DNA of 64,000 nucleotides, from contig CM022666.1 in NCBI GenBank assembly GCA_012295275.1, positions 4,402,001-4,466,000 on the forward strand, read 5' to 3'. Below, one piece after another: positions 59,095 through 64,000 of the stretch (position 1 is its first letter; each line of letters begins with the position of its first letter). A program made the position numbers and the translations under genes. The notes beneath the pieces are model-generated. The model saw only the letters and a program-made list of their open reading frames with translations, ran no database searches and was not told where the DNA came from. This stretch comes from Chrysomallon squamiferum (Eukaryota > Animalia > Mollusca).

Positions 59095-59567
59095 TTAATT
59101 AACAGTAAAACAGTCTAAAAGCAATTCCATTTCATTTCAACTTTTGATGTCGTCTTAAAAATAACCTGGAGACAGTGTTATTGGCGTTTTGGTCCACTTC
59201 AACAGTGAAATGAATCTTAAAATATTCATTCTACATTAACAATGGTCTTAAAACAAAAAAAAAAAACTGGACCAGTTTAAATTTGAAACAGTCTTTAAAA
59301 TAATGATTTAGCTCAGTTTGATTCTGATATGGTCTACAAAGCAAACTGGGAAGATTCAACTGTGAAGTAATTTCTTAAAATAATTTGGCCAATCTTGACT
59401 GTGAAAACGGTTTATAAAAAATAATTTGTTCCCGTTTAATTAATTAAAACTGTGAAATGGACTAAAAGCAAACAAATGCAATTTAACTGTGAAATTATCT
59501 TAAATTTTATAATTTTTTTACATTTAGTTGTTTTTTTTGTTTTGTTTTACCCTTTTAAACTGTGACA

Positions 59568-59604
<37 letters not shown>

Positions 59605-59720
59605 TTCACTTTTAACCACGATAGAGTTTTGTGCATCAAAATGATAAAAAAAAGCAATTTCTGCAGCAAAATAGTCTAAAACAAATTTTGCAGCAAAACA
59701 GTCTTAAAGCAATTTGGCTC
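59095..59720. repeat. Degenerate ~40-bp tandem array
   Basis: About 12 variants of aactgtgaaatggtcttaaaa(g/t)caatttgg. Confidence 0.6.
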
Positions 59721-60430
59721 ATCTTTCTGGAATGGAAATAAACAGGAAAGTGACAATGATACTAATAACCAAACTCGGTACTGAAATTACTTCTAGCACC
59801 CAGAGTTTCCAAAAATACCTCAGTGCAAATCATTATCATTAAAGACTCGACAGAGTTTTCAGAAAGAATGAGGGGAAATTGCCACAGAGATTGTGAACTG
59901 GTGTCCAGTTTGACCAGTGGTCAGTGAACTTGCAGGGACATGACAGTTCTAGGATCAATTCCAGCTGGTGATAAAGGATTGTTGAGAGTGTTATGCTAAC
60001 CTTCTAACTTACTAACGAAACATGTTAAAAGAGTAAAGTAAATTAATGCAATTTAGAATCTTGAGTTCAATTTTGCATGAAGGGTTTTGAATGAGTGAAT
60101 GAATCAATGAATGCACAGAAGAAGGAATGAATAAATGAATATACAAATGAATGAATAAATAATAGAACTAATGAATCAATAAATGTACAAACAAATGAAT
60201 GAATAAATAAATGAAGAAATATAAATGGATGGATGAATGAATTAATTATTTCGTTATGATGTGTGAAACACAAAGTAATAATAATATAAATGTGCCAAAG
60301 TTAATTAAAAAAAAGAAGAAAAAAAAAAGAACTGTATAAAAAAAATACTGTGTAACTTCATATTCCATGGCAATGAAACACAAACAAACCAATAAATAAT
60401 TAAATAAATAAATATAAATAAATAAATGAA

Positions 60431-60461
<31 letters not shown>

Positions 60462-61291
60462 AACATACAAACCCTCCAAAATTAAAAAAATATATAAAAG
60501 TGAACCACAAAACAGACACACACACACACACACAGACATACACAAAACCCAACAAGCCATCATATTCAGAGATACATAAATTAACAAATTTACATAAAAT
60601 TTGAAAATCTAATAAAAATTTTAGTTTTGAACGCAATAAAAAGATTACAGCCTATCTTTTGTAATTTGCCTGCAGTGATAAAAACTCTAAAACCTCACCC
60701 AAATATAAAACTCTAATCTGAATACAGAGATAAAACTGACATGGGAAATTAATTTTATAATTCTACAGTCACTGCTTAGTTCATCAGAAAATTTATATAA
60801 AATTGAAAATAAAAATAAAATAAATAAAAAAAAATGAAATATATAACACAATTTGGTAAAGAGGTTTTGTTATTGTTATTATTACTGTTAATAATTTTAT
60901 TATTATTATTTTTTTTTGTTGCTGCTGTTGTTATTTTATTATTATTTTGTTGTCATTATTATTGCAGATGTTGTTATTACTGTTGTTTGTTTTTTTTGTT
61001 ATTTTATTATTATTTTTGTTCTTGTTGTTTATCTGTTGATTTTTTTAAATTAATTTTTATCCTTTATCCTAGACAGGAGCACTGGTTGGATAGGGAAATA
61101 AATAAATAATTTCTTAGTAGCACTTAAAAACTGTTCAATAAAGTTTTTTTATTATTCTTTTCTGCTTTTTAAAAATTATATATATATATAATTTTTCTTC
61201 TTTTTCTTCTTCTTATTATTCTTTTTTTTGAATAATATACATAAATATATACTTTAAAAAAAAAAATAATAATAATAATAATAATAAAAAA

Positions 61292-61329
<38 letters not shown>

Positions 61330-61951
61330 ATATCATATAAGATCAGAATTCTCAATAGATGATTCAGGAGACACTGTCTAGAATGGGAAACTGTTTGGTG
61401 AAACCACAGTAACACTATTAATAGTTCCTCCAGTACTTTAACACTAGCCTCCTCTGAGATGGTTTGATCTCACTACCTGTTATTCCTCAAGTATGTACTT
61501 TAATACTGGAATCAACTGTACAGAACTGATGTTGCTGTATAATATATTAACACAAAAAGCCATCAAGAAGATTTGATCCTGCTATATGTCACTCCTGAGA
61601 CAAACAATTTTATACAGAGCTCCAGTTTAACATGCAGTTTACTTAGGAAAATTGATTTTATCATTTCTAACCCCACAAGTATAAACTTTTAGGCTGAGAT
61701 CCTCCAAGAAGATCTGATATTGATATCTGGTAAACAGTTTAACTCAGTATGGCTCTTTAACTTTATTTTTTATTTATTTATTTATTTTTATTTTTATTTA
61801 TTTATTTTTATTTTTTTTGTATATTGATATCTGGTAAACAGTTTAACACAATAAGGCTCTTTAACTTTATTTTTTATTATGTTTTTTTTTTTTTATTTTA
61901 AGAGTTTACATTTTCTTAAACACAATCTTAAAAACAAACAAAAAAGAAATC

Positions 61952-62127
61952 TGACAGACACTTGTATTTTTTTTATTTTTCTGTTTCATTTTGATCTAAC
62001 AAGAATCTGAATATTTTTTATAAAACAAATATTTCTTTCTTCCTCTTCATCTTCCTGTGATATTTTCAACAGATAACATTTAACACTGTACATCCTTAAC
62101 AACACAACTTTCAAATTACAGTTCATT
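61952..62127. repeat. Dispersed ~172-bp direct repeat, copy 2
   Basis: Matches 53086-53257 in the same orientation, about 8.9 kb away. Confidence 0.88.
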
Positions 62128-62134
62128 CCACTTC

Positions 62135-63120
62135 AGAGAATTGGTTTTTCTTGTCTCTCAGCCCTCAGGATATTCTTTTACACTAAGCAGAACTGAACTC
62201 ACTATCTCTCACTCCTCATGGGTATACTTTTACATTAAAAAAAATTGGTCTCACTATCTCTGATTCTTCAGGATATACTTTTACACTAAAGAGAACTGAT
62301 CTCACTATCTCTCACTCCTCAGGATATACTTTTACACCAAGGAAAATTGATCTCACTATCTCTCACTTCTCAAGGATATACTTTTACACTAAAGAGAATT
62401 GATCTCACTATCTCTCACTTCTCAAGGATATATTTTTACACTAAGGAGAACTGATCTCACTATCTCTCACTTCTCAAGGATATATTTTTACACTAAGGAG
62501 AACTGATCTCACTATCTCTCACTTCTCAAGGATATATTTTTACACTAAGGAGAACTGATCTCACTATCTCTCACTTCTCAGGGGTAGACTTTTACATTAA
62601 AAGAATTGGTCTCACTATCTCTCACTGCTCAAAGATATACTTTTACACTAAGGAAAACTGGTCTCACTATCTCTCACTTCTCAAGGATATACTTTTACAC
62701 TAAGGAAAACTGGTCTCACTATCTCTCACTTCTCAAGAATATATTTTTACCCTAAGGAGAACTGATCTCACTATCTCTCACTCCTCAGAGGTACACTTTT
62801 ACACTAAAGAGAACTGATCTCACCACCTCTCACTTCTCAGGGATATACCTTTACACTAAGGAGAACTGATCTCACTATCTCTCACTCCTCAGGGATATAC
62901 TTTTACACTAAAGAGAACTGATCTCACTATCTCTCACTCCTCAAGGATACACTTTTACACTAAGGAGAACTGATCTCACTATCTCTCACTCCTCAAGGAT
63001 ATACTTTGTCACTAAAGAGAACTGGTCTCACTATCTCTCACTCCTCCTTGTTTTTTTTACACTAAGGAGAACTGATCTCACTATCTCTCACTCCTCCTTG
63101 TTTTTTTTACACTAAGGAGG
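62135..63120. repeat. 52-bp minisatellite, ~19 copies, apparently derived from the SINE tRNA head
   Basis: The unit is ctcactatctctcacttctcaaggatatatttttacactaaggagaactgat, with the period confirmed at 62404, 62456 and 62508. It is similar to SINE-head relics at about 19415, 61455 and 61565. Confidence 0.93.
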
Positions 63121-64000
63121 TATTGAGCCTAGCTGCCTCTCAGTGAGCTCCAAGGCGAATGCTCTGTCACAATGAGAGACTGAAAACATCAATAAACATA
63201 TGATGGATCTCTCAGACTTGGGTCTTCTGCTTGCACGAATCTCTTATGCAGCTTCACTGGCCTGTAACTGATTTGACTGATGCTGCGAACGACGATGATC
63301 TGCTGTGATTTGTACTGTGTCATCATCACTTTGTCACCCGAGGGATGCTGCAGTCGAAAGTGGGAGAGAATCGATATTTAAAATTCTTGGGTAGTGGGTT
63401 GTAAATTGACCAGGGTGGTATTTTACCAAGTGGGTAAAGTGTGGGGCTGTTGTGTTTTGGTGGTATGGTTGGTTACTGGGGTGTGGTTGGGTGGGGTTTA
63501 CTGAGCAAGGAGGTGATGTTTTTGATAAGTTGAAAGGGAGGGTTATTGATGGGGTGGTGCTGAAGAGGGTGTGATCTCTGGAATTAAAGGGTGTTTAAGA
63601 AAGGGGTGGGGTTACAGATGTCTAGGATCAGGGGTTGTGAAATTGGAGGTAAAGGATTTTTGGAAGGGGTACAAATAGCTTGGGTAAGGCGTGCGATACT
63701 GGGGATTAAGGAGTGCTAGTGTGGGTGGGGGTACAGATTACAGGGGAAAGGTGCAAGATGCACAGATAAAAAAATATATATTGTTCTATTTTACACAGCA
63801 AAAGAAAAGAAACATCTTAAACTCAATCTCACACAAACAGGACAACACATGCCACACATTTATATAAACTAGATCGCAAATATTAACGTGTAATTAACAG
63901 TACCCATACTGAAGTAATAGACCCTGACATTTAAAATGAGAAGGAAACAACCCAAACAGGACAGTACCTTCCACATCTTTATGCAAACTAAAATAAGAAT

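Noticed and set aside
62135-63120. CRISPR array or tRNA gene cluster
   Set aside because: The units are contiguous 52-bp copies without spacers. They are too short and degenerate for a cloverleaf, and the A and B boxes are decayed.
63190-63350. Short minus-strand frame MMTQYKSQQIIVVRS...PSYVY* after a possible acceptor
   Set aside because: It is only about 45-52 codons, has no donor and no recognisable domain, and cannot be distinguished from a non-coding island.

Overview
This is AT-rich, microsatellite-saturated animal genomic DNA. Its SINE-like repeats resemble, from memory, those of gastropod molluscs; that assignment is inference and unverified. Nearly all ORFs in the supplied track are translations of microsatellites. 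Reading splice signals on the minus strand reveals one multi-exon gene that spans most of the window and runs off the left edge. Six phase-compatible GT-AG coding exons (14833-14958, 6477-6692, 3067-3289, 2416-2508, 841-963, 140-214) join into one open frame. It encodes about 150 polar residues, one hydrophobic helix, a spacer with N-glycosylation sequons, a 6-Cys EGF-like domain and a TNFR-type cysteine-rich module. Likely upstream exons are a 63-nt exon ending in ATG (50923-50985, behind a ~36-kb intron), a 24-nt micro-exon (57223-57246) and a possible alternative first exon (17349-17525). The most unusual structure is the 3' splice site of the EGF exon. It is amplified into 12 tandem 28-bp copies, plus two upstream copies embedded in (UG)n tracts, one of which carries a CGA>TGA stop. 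The introns also hold tRNA-derived SINE relics, two tandem arrays apparently built from the SINE head, a hAT-like MITE, many minisatellites, several RFX X-box matches, a Rev-erb/ROR-type DR2 site and complex CpG-retaining islands that may be enhancers. All exon calls come from sequence signals alone, with no transcript evidence.
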